From a virus (Duplodnaviria; Caudoviricetes), in IMG/VR virus record IMGVR_UViG_3300010885_013533, positions 1,748 to 65,747 of that record: a DNA stretch of 64,000 nucleotides; one strand, written 5' to 3'. Shown piece by piece: positions 38,655 to 48,668 of this stretch (the first letter of the stretch is position 1; each line of letters opens with the position of its first letter). A program made the translations under genes and the position numbers. The notes under the pieces were generated by a model. It did no database searches and was not told the DNA's origin. It saw nothing but the letters and a program-made list of their open reading frames with translations.

Positions 38655-39370
38655 GACAGTTTAGTTTTATGCTTATGCAACTTCATGCTTTCAAGGGCAG
38701 CTTGTGGTAATTCAATAGGCTTGTTGGCTTGAATAGATGTGGTTATCAGTCTCACAAACTTATCACCAGGTGTGCTGGTGGTGCCAAACTTATCTTTGTG
38801 TGTGTTCAACAGTGTGATCAACTTTTGTGAATAGGGTATACCCTTGTCATCTTTCAAGTCCAATGCAGGAGTGGGTAATATGGTGTTCAATAGTTGTATC
38901 ACATCCAGCATCTTGGTCCTCTTAGGTAGACTACCTGTTGCAATAGAGTTGATAGTGTTGATAGCAGTTAACACAGGTTGGACTAATTTGCTGCTCACAT
39001 CCACTGGTTTCGCAGCATCTGCAGGTTTTAATGCCTGGACTTGAGGAATCAAAGCCTGTTTGTCAGTATCACTTAGTGCTGCAATTGCAGCTTTCAGCTG
39101 TTCAGCTTTACTTGGATCGCCGGCCATATCCATTATTTGTGCTAAGGTGAGTTTTGCAGGTGCGGCGACCGCAGCACTTGTAGCTTTAACATCTGCAGGT
39201 TTGACATCTACGGTGGCCATAAATCCTGACAAGATTTTGGCTTGATCCTCCTTGCTTATGCCTGCAAGTTTAAACGCTTGCATTATGTTCGCAACAGGCA
39301 CGGGCTTATTTGGCTCCACGCCCGTTTTCTGATTAATGTCTGCTATCTTTGCTATCCATTTATCTGTCAT
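38651..39370 (-). CDS. hypothetical protein
   Basis: 239-aa ORF in operon. Confidence 0.65.
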   Translation of the reverse strand: MTDKWIAKIADINQKTGVEPNKPVPVANIMQAFKLAGISKEDQAKILSGFMATVDVKPADVKATSAAVAAPAKLTLAQIMDMAGDPSKAEQLKAAIAALSDTDKQALIPQVQALKPADAAKPVDVSSKLVQPVLTAINTINSIATGSLPKRTKMLDVIQLLNTILPTPALDLKDDKGIPYSQKLITLLNTHKDKFGTTSTPGDKFVRLITTSIQANKPIELPQAALESMKLHKHKTKLS

Positions 39371-39371
39371 A

Positions 39372-40442
39372 TTATCTGCCTCCCCTCCATCCTGCCCAGA
39401 TATTTGTGGGACCGCCTGGAATAATGTTTGCTGCTGGTATTTTGAGTGTCATTCTAGGGCTGATCTTATTAGGATCAGATATTATATCCCGGTTAGCATC
39501 CCACAATGCTTGAACTGTCACATTTTTAGCTTGAGCGATTGCACCTAAAGTGTCACCAGCCCGAACGGCATATGGTGGCTGGATGGTGGGTGCCGGTGGA
39601 GGAGCTTCTGGGCTAGGTTCTGGAATATACGGAGCATCACTGACACGTGCATCTGCACCAGGAGCACCAACATCTGCTGTGCCTAAAGTAGTGGGTGGTG
39701 TAGCAGACAGTGCAGAAGTTATCATAGGCATAACATACTTGCCCAGTTCTGCGACCCCATAGCCTGCACCCCACAGTGCAACAGCCTTCGTAAAGGCATA
39801 AGTCAAAGTTTTACCATTGACCAAGTCAGCCACAATTCTAGCCAAGATCATGATCAGTGACAATAACCAGAGACCTCCTGGTATGTATGGGATTGCCAGC
39901 AAACTAGTAGCTATACCCAGCACCACCAGCACTAGGCTGGGTACCCACGTGCCTTTCATAGTGTCTGCAAGATTCTTGAGACCACGCAACACAGGGTTTA
40001 ATGCCTTACCCCAGCCCTTGTCTTGAGCTTTGTCCATGGCTTTCTGGACAGTTTCTTGTATTTTGGCCTCCGTATCAGGAAATATGGATAACTTACCAAG
40101 ACGTTCTATAGCCTTCTTGATCATATTCAAGAATCTGTTTAGTATTCCAGGAGGGGGAACATCTTTTGGTTTGCTTACGTGCGCTTTCAGTTTTTCATAG
40201 TCATCCGGGGACAACTCCCTCAGATTTTCAAATCGTTTTATAATATCTTCTGCGCTTTCTGCATCTGCCTCGAAAAGTCTGTGCTGGGCTGAATAGTACA
40301 CATATATTTCGTTCAGGGCTTCTTCAAGCATCAGTCTGGTTTCTGTGAACATCATCTTGTATTCCAGACTCCAAGGCTGGAAGCTTACTGATTCAAACAA
40401 TGAATCCTTGAAGAAAATAGGATTTTGGTTATATTGCTTCAT
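39372..40442 (-). CDS. membrane protein with C-terminal LysM domain
   Basis: 2-3 hydrophobic helices, Pro-rich linker, YAVRAGDTLGAIA…LWDANRDIISDPNKISPRMTLKIP. Confidence 0.85.
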   Translation of the reverse strand: MKQYNQNPIFFKDSLFESVSFQPWSLEYKMMFTETRLMLEEALNEIYVYYSAQHRLFEADAESAEDIIKRFENLRELSPDDYEKLKAHVSKPKDVPPPGILNRFLNMIKKAIERLGKLSIFPDTEAKIQETVQKAMDKAQDKGWGKALNPVLRGLKNLADTMKGTWVPSLVLVVLGIATSLLAIPYIPGGLWLLSLIMILARIVADLVNGKTLTYAFTKAVALWGAGYGVAELGKYVMPMITSALSATPPTTLGTADVGAPGADARVSDAPYIPEPSPEAPPPAPTIQPPYAVRAGDTLGAIAQAKNVTVQALWDANRDIISDPNKISPRMTLKIPAANIIPGGPTNIWAGWRGGR

Positions 40443-41368
40443 ATTGGTGGTAACCCCATCAGAGATCTCACAAAGTTTATAGTATCTTTATCGTAAGTGG
40501 CTGCGGTTGGGGCAGAGCCACCACCACCACCTGCTGCACCTGCACCAGCACCTGCTGCACCTGCACCAGCACCAGCACCTGCACCACCTGCTGCACCACC
40601 TGCTGCACCTGCACCAGCACCTGCACCACCTGCTGCACCTGCACCAGCACCTGCACCACCTGCTGCACCACCTGCACCACCTGCTGCACCACCTGCTGCA
40701 CCTGCACCAGCACCTGCACCACCTGCTGCACCAGCACCTGCACCACCTGCTGCACCAGCACCTGCTGCGCCAGCCGGACCGGCAGGCCCGTTAAGATTGG
40801 GCGAGCCCTCACTCTTCTCTATCATTAGTCTCAACAACACTGTCATTAAACCTGTGATTAACTTCTGAGCTAAATCAGCAGCATTTTCACCTGGGCCACC
40901 CACAGGATTGTTTTGTGCCCCGCGGATATTCACAGGCATGAGGGTGTTTATTTTGCCTCTCTCATTCAACAGGTATTTAGCTATAGTTTCGCGGTTGACT
41001 CTGTCTTTGATTGCAGCTTCAACCTCAGCCATACTTAATTGTTGTGGTTCAAATTCACCCAAAGGCAGTTGTAAGCTGGCTTTACCAATCAAGAACAACA
41101 ATGTGTCTTTCCATGTAACTGTGTTCCAGTCTTTCCCCCTAATACCCATGTTACGCACAAAGAATTTCAGATAGGGCACAAGGGCCTTTTGGATTACTGC
41201 TCTGCCTTCCATTCTGCCGCTAAATTTGCCTGCTAACCCCATTAGGGCGCCTTTGACTTTTTGTCCCAAAACTGGCAAAAGTTTTTCTTCTATGGGCTCT
41301 GCAACATGATGCGTTTCCATCAAGTTTAGCATGTGCCTCATGAGTTCTGCGTCATTTTGTAGTTTCAT
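40439..41368 (-). CDS. hypothetical protein with Gly/Ala low-complexity tract
   Basis: 309 aa; about 80-residue G/A run near the C-terminus. Confidence 0.7.
   Translation of the reverse strand: MKLQNDAELMRHMLNLMETHHVAEPIEEKLLPVLGQKVKGALMGLAGKFSGRMEGRAVIQKALVPYLKFFVRNMGIRGKDWNTVTWKDTLLFLIGKASLQLPLGEFEPQQLSMAEVEAAIKDRVNRETIAKYLLNERGKINTLMPVNIRGAQNNPVGGPGENAADLAQKLITGLMTVLLRLMIEKSEGSPNLNGPAGPAGAAGAGAAGGAGAGAAGGAGAGAGAAGGAAGGAGGAAGGAGAGAGAAGGAGAGAGAAGGAAGGAGAGAGAGAAGAGAGAAGGGGGSAPTAATYDKDTINFVRSLMGLPPI
40519..40770. repeat. low-complexity coding repeat (GGT/GCA/GCT codons)
   Basis: Iterated cacctgctgcac/cagcacctg units. Confidence 0.9.
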
Positions 41369-41658
41369 GATTTGATGTCCCCCTTTCTGAGCTGGGTTAG
41401 CTTTCTATGAAATTTCTGCGGATCTTCCTGTAAGATGGCTCGCATGAGTCTCTTGGTGAGGTCTTGTGCCTCAGCCTCAGGATACATCACTTTGAGTGTC
41501 TCAATCAGATTGATTGCACTGCTGATCACATGGGTGGCTCTGGCCTCCACCACTGTGTGTTTATTTTTGATGGGAACCAGATCACCCAGTTCATCAATGA
41601 TACTCTTGGCGTTCTTCAACTCACGCATCCTGATCAAGTTTGCATTATTTATAGCCAA
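41365..41658 (-). CDS. hypothetical protein
   Basis: 97-aa ORF; start uncertain because TATAAATA overlaps its first codons. Confidence 0.65.
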   Translation of the reverse strand: MAINNANLIRMRELKNAKSIIDELGDLVPIKNKHTVVEARATHVISSAINLIETLKVMYPEAEAQDLTKRLMRAILQEDPQKFHRKLTQLRKGDIKS

Positions 41659-41681
41659 ATCGTTTCAAAAACAACTAGACT

Positions 41682-41689
41682 TATAAATA
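41682..41689 (+). promoter_or_regulatory. T4-type late promoter TATAAATA
   Basis: Exact T4 late consensus 34 nt upstream of ATG 41723; a divergent copy lies at about 41646-41653. Confidence 0.6.
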
Positions 41690-41722
41690 CCCTTAATCAA
41701 GTCATACACAAGGACATAACAC

Positions 41723-42301
41723 ATGGCAGAATATTTGGCAGAGCAGATGAGAAGCTTGGCTCGCAGACTGGAAGAGCTTGCGCACCAACCTCAAATGCCG
41801 GACACAGGTTTAGAAGGCAGTCTGAACGCCAAGCAGCTGGCAGAGCTTTTGGGTGTGAGCGACATGCCCACATTCACACGTTCCATTAACAAAATTCGTA
41901 AGGGTGATGCCAACAAACTTACCCGTGCAGAAATGACTGAACTTGCAGAAGCATTTGTGCGTTTGTTGGCAGCAGAAGCTGAAGACACTCAGAAGGCCAT
42001 GCTGGCCCTCAAGAGAGTGAGCGCCAAGGAAGAGCCTGTGATGGAAGATGCAGGTAAGGATCATATCACTATGACATACACCCCTACCCTACCATTGGTG
42101 AGGTTGTTGGATTACAATACATGGGAGCTAAAAAATGCCCCCCAGGAGATCACAGATCTTTTAGACAAAATAAGTGGCACCCTTCCTCCCGTTATATCTC
42201 CTGACTGGAAAAAGAATAGCGGGAATCCAAGGAACAGAGCTGCAAAGCAATTTGCAATGGATTTGGTTAAGTTGGGTTTTAGGGGCAACGCCAAATACTA
42301 A
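41723..42301 (+). CDS. hypothetical protein whose C-terminal half resembles the LRR-array C-cap
   Basis: MTYTPTLPLVRLL…APQEITDLLDK…AMDLVKLGFRGNAKY. Confidence 0.7.
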   Translation: MAEYLAEQMRSLARRLEELAHQPQMPDTGLEGSLNAKQLAELLGVSDMPTFTRSINKIRKGDANKLTRAEMTELAEAFVRLLAAEAEDTQKAMLALKRVSAKEEPVMEDAGKDHITMTYTPTLPLVRLLDYNTWELKNAPQEITDLLDKISGTLPPVISPDWKKNSGNPRNRAAKQFAMDLVKLGFRGNAKY

Positions 42302-42316
42302 TTTTAGGTTAATGCA

Positions 42317-43729
42317 TTACCTTCTGATCAAGCTGGTTAACTCTTTGAGGGTGGCCACACTTTTGACCGGATCTTGGGAAACAGGATCCGGTTTTCTGTC
42401 TGTGCCTGATGCAGCACCTGTGGCACTGTTCTTTCTGCGCAGATCAGCCATCATGTCTGTGGCAGTTTTTACTGGAGGCATGTTGTCTTCTTCCATGTCA
42501 AAGATGCGCAACGTGTCTACATCAAATCCCATGATCACCTTGCTACCCACACCTGAACTGGAACGTGTTTTCAAAAACTGGAACTGATACTGACCTCGCT
42601 CCTTCATGGCTGGTGTGGCCAGAATACTGATCACATTGTCAGCAGTCTGGATCTTACTGATGCCACCTGCAATGTGACTGTGATCATGCTCCATTTCATT
42701 TACTGATTGGCGCCCAAGCTGACTGGCTGTCACACCCACCATGTTTTTCTCCACACACAGGCCTCTCAGTTCCTCGCAGATAAATTTATCTTTTATGTAA
42801 AGGTTGGAAACATCAATCTTCTTGTTGTTGGGGAACATGATGTCCATGTAGTCCACCATGAGCACATCACACTTGTGACCAGTCTCAATCTCATAGTTCT
42901 TCAAGTATGCACGTAAATCATTTGTGGTGGTGCCCTGTGGCATCTGTTTCACATGCAAGTCTTTTGCTCGTTTACCTGCCAGCAGCACCTTGATTTCCAC
43001 ATCATCCAGACGCTGAAATATGTCTTTGGAAGCCACACCGCTCACCATGCTGTCCAGTCGCATGCTGATCATCTCTTCGGAAAGCTCCAGGCTAATGTAC
43101 ACCACATTCAACCCTTCCTTGCTCATGTTCACAGCCTGATTCTGCATGGTCAAACTTTTACCACCACCTGATCCTGCACACCAAATTGTGAGCTCTTTTC
43201 TGTTAAGTCCACCATACAACTTGTTGTCCACACTTTTCCAAGTGCTGCTCACTGTGCCATTGGAAGTCTTGATTTTCATGAGCCTGGCCCTGGGATCATC
43301 ATAATACCTGATGCCAATATTGGAGTTCAATCCCACCAGAATGGCTTCTTTGACCTTCTTCTCCACTTCTGCATAGTTACCTTTGGCAATCAGATCAGGA
43401 GCACTCAGTACAGCATCTGCTAGTGCACGATTCTTGCAAAACTCTTCAATTTGATCCAAAAATGCTTGTTGCAATGCAGGGGGCATGTGATCCATCTTTT
43501 CAAAATCCATGCCAAATTGTGCCCGCATTTGTGCATGTGTGGGCAGAGTCTTGTATTCATCTGTAAACTGTAACAAGAATCGCACTGCTGGTCTCAGTTT
43601 GTTCACAAAATACTTCACATTCAGAATGTTCACACATCTGCTAAAAACTTCTTCATCACTCAACAGCACACTCACCAACAGCCGTTGAACATCTTCGCCA
43701 TAATCTTTACCATCCATGTGAGTAATCAA
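42317..43729 (-). CDS. replicative DnaB-like helicase (T4 gp41-like)
   Basis: AGSGGGKS, YISLELSE, VDYMDIM, TASQLGR, KIQTADNVI, KTRSS. Confidence 0.92.
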   Translation of the reverse strand: MITHMDGKDYGEDVQRLLVSVLLSDEEVFSRCVNILNVKYFVNKLRPAVRFLLQFTDEYKTLPTHAQMRAQFGMDFEKMDHMPPALQQAFLDQIEEFCKNRALADAVLSAPDLIAKGNYAEVEKKVKEAILVGLNSNIGIRYYDDPRARLMKIKTSNGTVSSTWKSVDNKLYGGLNRKELTIWCAGSGGGKSLTMQNQAVNMSKEGLNVVYISLELSEEMISMRLDSMVSGVASKDIFQRLDDVEIKVLLAGKRAKDLHVKQMPQGTTTNDLRAYLKNYEIETGHKCDVLMVDYMDIMFPNNKKIDVSNLYIKDKFICEELRGLCVEKNMVGVTASQLGRQSVNEMEHDHSHIAGGISKIQTADNVISILATPAMKERGQYQFQFLKTRSSSGVGSKVIMGFDVDTLRIFDMEEDNMPPVKTATDMMADLRRKNSATGAASGTDRKPDPVSQDPVKSVATLKELTSLIRR

Positions 43730-44745
43730 CCTTTGAACATTTTGCGTTTAACACCAATCAGTAGGGCATCTGATGTGGCTGCTTGTATTGCACTTGTGAT
43801 TGTGTACAGCATGCCATAACGAGCGCAAGCATCTGCTGCATCTTTTATTTCTGAATCCCATTCCGGAAAACTCACATGCCAACCAAATGTGAGAGCTTGG
43901 TCTATCATGTGCTGGTTTTGCATTTGCCTGTCAGGCAATATGATGGGCTGCTGTCCACTGTCCAGGATGGTTTTGATCTGATGCTCGCTCATGTGACTGC
44001 CCATGGCTGCCACTCCTTGGCATGCTATAGCATCAAATGGGCCTTCACAAATAATCACAAATTTACGATTCTTTACAAGTTGATCCTGATTGAACAAATA
44101 ACCAGGAGGTATGTCACTATTGAAATATTTGGGTTGGCGTCCTTGTTGTGGCACACACAATCTGGCTGACCAACCCACAATCTGTGATTGATTATAAAAG
44201 GGCAGTATCACTCTATCACACATATCGTGTGTGGTGTCAGGGGTCCAATAATAGTCATAATTTTCCCAATTGAGTGCTTGACGTCCCTGAACATATTCAC
44301 ATGCTTGTAAAAACTTGGGTGCACACTCTTCCTGTTGTGCCCACACGTGAAATGCTTGTGCATTTGGAGGCATGGGCGTGACCTGATGCCTTTTCAAATG
44401 AGTGGACATGATCATGTGGTCTGGTTTATGTGTGCCTGTGACTTGATCTTGCAACAAGTGCAACTTCAACTTTTGCACTAAGCTGGGCTCCACGCCCAAC
44501 CATGATAACCATTCTTGCAAACCATCACTCACATGATGGCCTGAAAATCTCCATTTGCAGCCACAATTGAAACAATGATAGCCCACAGTATCATCTGTGC
44601 CAAACCATAAATTTCCTCGCTGTTTGGTGTCTGCGTTATGGCCTCTGTGAGAACAGCATGGGGCATTAAACCATATCCAACCTTTACCAGTCACTTTGCG
44701 CTTGGCAGGCAGATGGTCCACAATCAATTGCTGTAATTCATGCAT
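43726..44745 (-). CDS. DNA primase (T4 gp61-like)
   Basis: Zn finger PCC…YHCFNCG, RVILPF, KYFNS, CEGPFDA, KDAADA. Confidence 0.88.
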   Translation of the reverse strand: MHELQQLIVDHLPAKRKVTGKGWIWFNAPCCSHRGHNADTKQRGNLWFGTDDTVGYHCFNCGCKWRFSGHHVSDGLQEWLSWLGVEPSLVQKLKLHLLQDQVTGTHKPDHMIMSTHLKRHQVTPMPPNAQAFHVWAQQEECAPKFLQACEYVQGRQALNWENYDYYWTPDTTHDMCDRVILPFYNQSQIVGWSARLCVPQQGRQPKYFNSDIPPGYLFNQDQLVKNRKFVIICEGPFDAIACQGVAAMGSHMSEHQIKTILDSGQQPIILPDRQMQNQHMIDQALTFGWHVSFPEWDSEIKDAADACARYGMLYTITSAIQAATSDALLIGVKRKMFKG

Positions 44746-44764
44746 GTGTTAGTATAACATGTGT

Positions 44765-45583
44765 TCAGCTGATTTTATATAGCACCTTTACAAAATCACC
44801 CTTGTTATTCAGGTCTGCATCATAGATAAATCTGATCCAACGGGCATTTATACCAAAGTTAATGGGTGTCACATGAGGTGAATCTGGTGTTATGTGCAAA
44901 TATTGGGTGCCATTAATAGCCACTTGAAACCAACTGGAATCTGTGGGACTCAAGTTTTCCAAGCTGGCCTGAATGGAAAATCTACCCGTCCATGATTGTG
45001 TATAAACAGCAATAGAATAAAATCCTGCATGTTGACCCACAGTGTTCCGAGCTGCAATGGCTCCTGATTTGTACACAGTATAGTGGTTGTCCCAATTGAC
45101 AATCTGCGGTGTAAACTCTTTGGCCAAAATTTCTTGAGCGGCCACCAGTTCATCGCCCAGTGCAGGCAGTAGTTCAAACAGACCTTGCACATGATTGTTC
45201 ACATCCACAAACAGAAATTCATCCTGGAAACCAGGCTTTTTCATTTGCACACTAAACTGGTAACCTCCCAGTGGCCAACCTGCACATTCAGTGGGACTCA
45301 CATACAATTGTGCTCTGCCTTTGATTTCGTTGGTGACCTGCGCCTGTTTTTGTAATACAGTTTGTCCTGTCTCCACAAATTGTATGGTGACTTGTAGCAC
45401 ACAATCCAACAATTTGACTGGCTTTTTGTCATTGTTACGAATCACAAAATCCACCCTGTTGTGATTGTTCTTGTACAGTTTGGTCTGATAATTATACATG
45501 GGCCTGCTCAGGTTGGGTGCTCCATGATCTGTCTGACTCAATTGCACAGGCAATACATAGTGATAAAGATAGACCAAACTCAT
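44765..45583 (-). CDS. hypothetical, possibly structural protein
   Basis: 272 aa beta-rich ORF; TAAATA upstream. Confidence 0.65.
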   Translation of the reverse strand: MSLVYLYHYVLPVQLSQTDHGAPNLSRPMYNYQTKLYKNNHNRVDFVIRNNDKKPVKLLDCVLQVTIQFVETGQTVLQKQAQVTNEIKGRAQLYVSPTECAGWPLGGYQFSVQMKKPGFQDEFLFVDVNNHVQGLFELLPALGDELVAAQEILAKEFTPQIVNWDNHYTVYKSGAIAARNTVGQHAGFYSIAVYTQSWTGRFSIQASLENLSPTDSSWFQVAINGTQYLHITPDSPHVTPINFGINARWIRFIYDADLNNKGDFVKVLYKIS

Positions 45584-45641
45584 GGTAACACCGAAAGATT
45601 TCTCATATCATATTTAAGGAGATCTAAATATGTTAATAATC

Positions 45642-46022
45642 ATGACAAACACACCCGCCCCTAGCTTGGCCAGATGGCCCTTTCTCACACACATCAAGTA
45701 TCTGGCCAGAGATTATGTGGGTATTGTACAAAACAGTGATCAAAACTTTGTGCACATGTATGTGATAGAGCACTCATGGAGCCCTGATCAAAAGGTGGAG
45801 TTCATGAGCTGTGGGGAATTATATTGGTGGGGCAGCAACAGACAGATCCCCATCAATGTGTTCATGGGTGCCAGGTTCAAACCATATAGCGTATACCTCA
45901 AATCATTCAGTCAGAAAGAAGTTCAGCTAGTATATGGACCCATGCCCAGCCTGGACACACTCATCAACAAGCGCAGTAAAAAAAGAACTGTGCAGTTGGT
46001 TAAAGGTACACCCACAAACTGA
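45642..46022 (+). CDS. hypothetical phage protein
   Basis: YVGIVQN…WWGSNRQIPIN; divergent TAAATA upstream. Confidence 0.7.
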   Translation: MTNTPAPSLARWPFLTHIKYLARDYVGIVQNSDQNFVHMYVIEHSWSPDQKVEFMSCGELYWWGSNRQIPINVFMGARFKPYSVYLKSFSQKEVQLVYGPMPSLDTLINKRSKKRTVQLVKGTPTN

Positions 46023-46025
46023 CCA

Positions 46026-46521
46026 TTAAACGTACTTGATATGGGCACTTTGCTTGTTGGCCATGTTTTGTGACTGTATGTCCTGCTTGAACACCAACTT
46101 ACCTTCTGTGCTCAATTGGCTATATTTGATCTGGTATGCCAGATCACCTTGACCAAAATAAACACAATAACAGTCTGAATCATACACAATCACAGTGTAT
46201 GCAGTGGTCACAGCAGCACCACCCATGCCTCCATACCCTGTATGCAGTGGTCACAGCAGCACCACCCATGCCTCCATACCCTAGCGCAGTGCTGCCCCAA
46301 GTTTGAGAAAACATGTGCACTTGTACCTCATCCTCGCAAGGACGGCGAGTTTGAAGGGTTTGCGGCACACAGTTAGTTTTAAGAGCCACACCTTGTGCGT
46401 GTGCATCCATTTTTCGCCATGCATCCCAGTCACGATTCATATATGTGATATCTGGTAAATGATTATGTATGGCCTGGCCCAGTGCTTTGTGTAATGCAAG
46501 CAGAGAACTTCCGTACCTCAT
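46026..46521 (-). pseudogene. hypothetical gene frameshifted by a 43-bp duplication
   Basis: ORFs 46180-46521 and 46026-46226 both contain GMGGAAVTTAY; removing one copy gives one continuous ORF. Confidence 0.75.
46196..46281. repeat. perfect 43-bp tandem duplication
   Basis: tgtatgcagtggtcacagcagcaccacccatgcctccataccc twice (46196-46238, 46239-46281). Confidence 0.95.
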
Positions 46522-46967
46522 GGATCAGATATCTTACTCATGGTGACTTTGATTTTGACCTGACCGTTCTTATTCACTTTTAGTTTTTGTGGCTTTTGCC
46601 CTTGATTCCAATCCTTTTCTTGCGTCTCGGACCATTTGGCCCAAATCTCTGTATGACTCCAAGCCCACATGCTGGCATCCATTTCGTCTTTAATCTTAAG
46701 GCTGGCATCCAGCCCCTTATCTGACTGCCAAACCTTGAGTTCAAACTTGTGTTCCAGTAAGCCCAGATCTCGCATGGTGATCTGCAAGGCTTGTAATGTG
46801 ATGTTGGGAGCGCGGAACCAAAAATAGGGTTTAGTAACACGCTGGTGCTTCATGTGCCATGCATGCTCTGTATTTTCAATGACTGATATTTGTTTTTGAT
46901 CTTTTTCATAAGAATAACTGTGACCAAACATGCTGGTAACATGAGTAAATTTGACCAGTTCTCGCAT
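46518..46967 (-). CDS. hypothetical protein
   Basis: 149-aa ORF with ATGA overlap. Confidence 0.65.
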   Translation of the reverse strand: MRELVKFTHVTSMFGHSYSYEKDQKQISVIENTEHAWHMKHQRVTKPYFWFRAPNITLQALQITMRDLGLLEHKFELKVWQSDKGLDASLKIKDEMDASMWAWSHTEIWAKWSETQEKDWNQGQKPQKLKVNKNGQVKIKVTMSKISDP

Positions 46968-47010
46968 GACTGTATCCTGTGATTTGTTTATGTGTACACT
47001 TTAACAACAA

Positions 47011-47607
47011 TCAGGTTAATGTCAACTGCTCAATTAACAGGTTGAGCTGGATCACAATCGTCCATGATAAACTTATGGCATGAGACTTCTTGAATGTGTA
47101 CCCATTACTATCCTGAAGCCACACCTCAGGTTGGATGGCTGCAAAGCCAGATTGTTCACATTTACGCACCAAATGACGTTTGCCTGGCCTGATCATGGCC
47201 AACACGCATGCCAAATCAGTCACCTGTGTGGGTTTTAATTTGCGAACCAGTTCATAATGATTGTTGATGTGAGCCAATTGTGAAACCACTTCTGCATGTT
47301 GTAACAGGTCCCACATGGTGGGAGTGTGCATGAGTTGCTGTAAATGATTCTCGTCCCTCACCTTATCATAAATGCTGTTATTGAGCACATCAATCTTGTA
47401 ACATCCCATTTGTTCTGCTTGTGTGTATGTGACAGAACAATACCTGGAAAATGGATTCACAGGTACGTCATGAAAATAAACTCCTGTGTTATGTTTGATC
47501 AATTCACCCTGCCTATTGATCACCGCAGGCACATGCTGCAAATGTTCCAACAATGACTGCCGGTTACTAGTATCAATGTCAATATCACCCAATGTGATCT
47601 CTGTCAT
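47011..47607 (-). CDS. miniature DNA polymerase III alpha (DnaE)-like protein
   Basis: DIDID, KHNTGVY, KIDVL, LAMIRPG, YTFKKSHA in 198 aa. Confidence 0.8.
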   Translation of the reverse strand: MTEITLGDIDIDTSNRQSLLEHLQHVPAVINRQGELIKHNTGVYFHDVPVNPFSRYCSVTYTQAEQMGCYKIDVLNNSIYDKVRDENHLQQLMHTPTMWDLLQHAEVVSQLAHINNHYELVRKLKPTQVTDLACVLAMIRPGKRHLVRKCEQSGFAAIQPEVWLQDSNGYTFKKSHAISLSWTIVIQLNLLIEQLTLT

Positions 47608-47614
47608 GAGTGTA

Positions 47615-47890
47615 CTAACCTCCCAGTTGGCTTTGAATTTGCGTGACCACACGTGTCAGCTGGGTATATTGTTGTTGTAGACGCTGGTGCCGTTCGCGTA
47701 GTTCTTGAAGATCCACACGCAACTGAGCACAGTCTGTGGCCAACTCTCGCACATAAGCTGGATTGGGCACTTTGAGAATTTTGTCTTCCCACCTCAGTTC
47801 TGTCACTTGAGGTTGCACAACTGCCTGTAGTTGATGTGTGGTTTTTTGAGTGCTGGGTAACTCTTGATCGGATTGTGTGTATTGGTCCAT
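47615..47890 (-). CDS. small coiled-coil hypothetical protein
   Basis: 91 aa with heptad pattern. Confidence 0.6.
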   Translation of the reverse strand: MDQYTQSDQELPSTQKTTHQLQAVVQPQVTELRWEDKILKVPNPAYVRELATDCAQLRVDLQELRERHQRLQQQYTQLTRVVTQIQSQLGG

Positions 47891-47942
47891 GGGATTAACC
47901 TTGTGTTTGTGAGTTTAACTGAATGTGACACACAGTCAATGT

Positions 47943-48668
47943 TCACAGCCCTGCTTCTTTCAAAGTGGTTTTGATCACATGCATGTGCTCTTGCATGCGC
48001 AAAAATTTCACTTTCCATTTGGTTATGGGATAAACTTCCTGAATCATGTGTAACTGTTCTGGACTACATCTGACAAAAAATGCTTCTGCGCTCACACTAT
48101 TATATAGCAACCAAGCACTGATTCTGCCCTGTTGTATCCAACGCAGTAATTGGTTGGTGTTCACATGCGCAAAAAACTCACTATAAGGCTGTTGTGAATG
48201 TTCATGCCACACATGCACACATGTCAAACTCCTGCACAATGCTTGTTCAGCACTTTCTGTGATCAATAAATCTTGTATGAACTGTTCATACACTCGCACA
48301 TCACACCATGAGACCATCTTAACATTTTGTTTGATAAGATATTTCACAAATTGTGCAAACTCCTGCACCAATTGTTCTTCACACCAACTGGCAAACCTGA
48401 CCAACGTGGGCCACATTTCACTAGTACAGAATTCCTGATATGTGGGTGTTTGATGCACCTGTCTGGGATTCAGTTCTTTCCATACAATCTTGTAAGCTGT
48501 GTATGCTGCCTTCACATATGGTAAGTGCACACTTTGATGTCTGCGTTTGGGCTCACACACATGACTGATCAATGTGGTTTCCTGTGCAAATGGCTTTTTA
48601 CAGAATTCACATGTGTGAGGTTTGTTCAGATCAATCACCGTCACTTTTTTGGAGCTTCTGGAGCTCAT
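47943..48668 (-). CDS. hypothetical protein with N-terminal zinc finger
   Basis: CEFCKKPF…HVC. Confidence 0.7.
   Translation of the reverse strand: MSSRSSKKVTVIDLNKPHTCEFCKKPFAQETTLISHVCEPKRRHQSVHLPYVKAAYTAYKIVWKELNPRQVHQTPTYQEFCTSEMWPTLVRFASWCEEQLVQEFAQFVKYLIKQNVKMVSWCDVRVYEQFIQDLLITESAEQALCRSLTCVHVWHEHSQQPYSEFFAHVNTNQLLRWIQQGRISAWLLYNSVSAEAFFVRCSPEQLHMIQEVYPITKWKVKFLRMQEHMHVIKTTLKEAGL

Noticed and set aside
40477-40868. Poly-QV, poly-PA and poly-HL ORFs
   Set aside because: Alternative frames of the Gly/Ala codon repeat, which lacks stops
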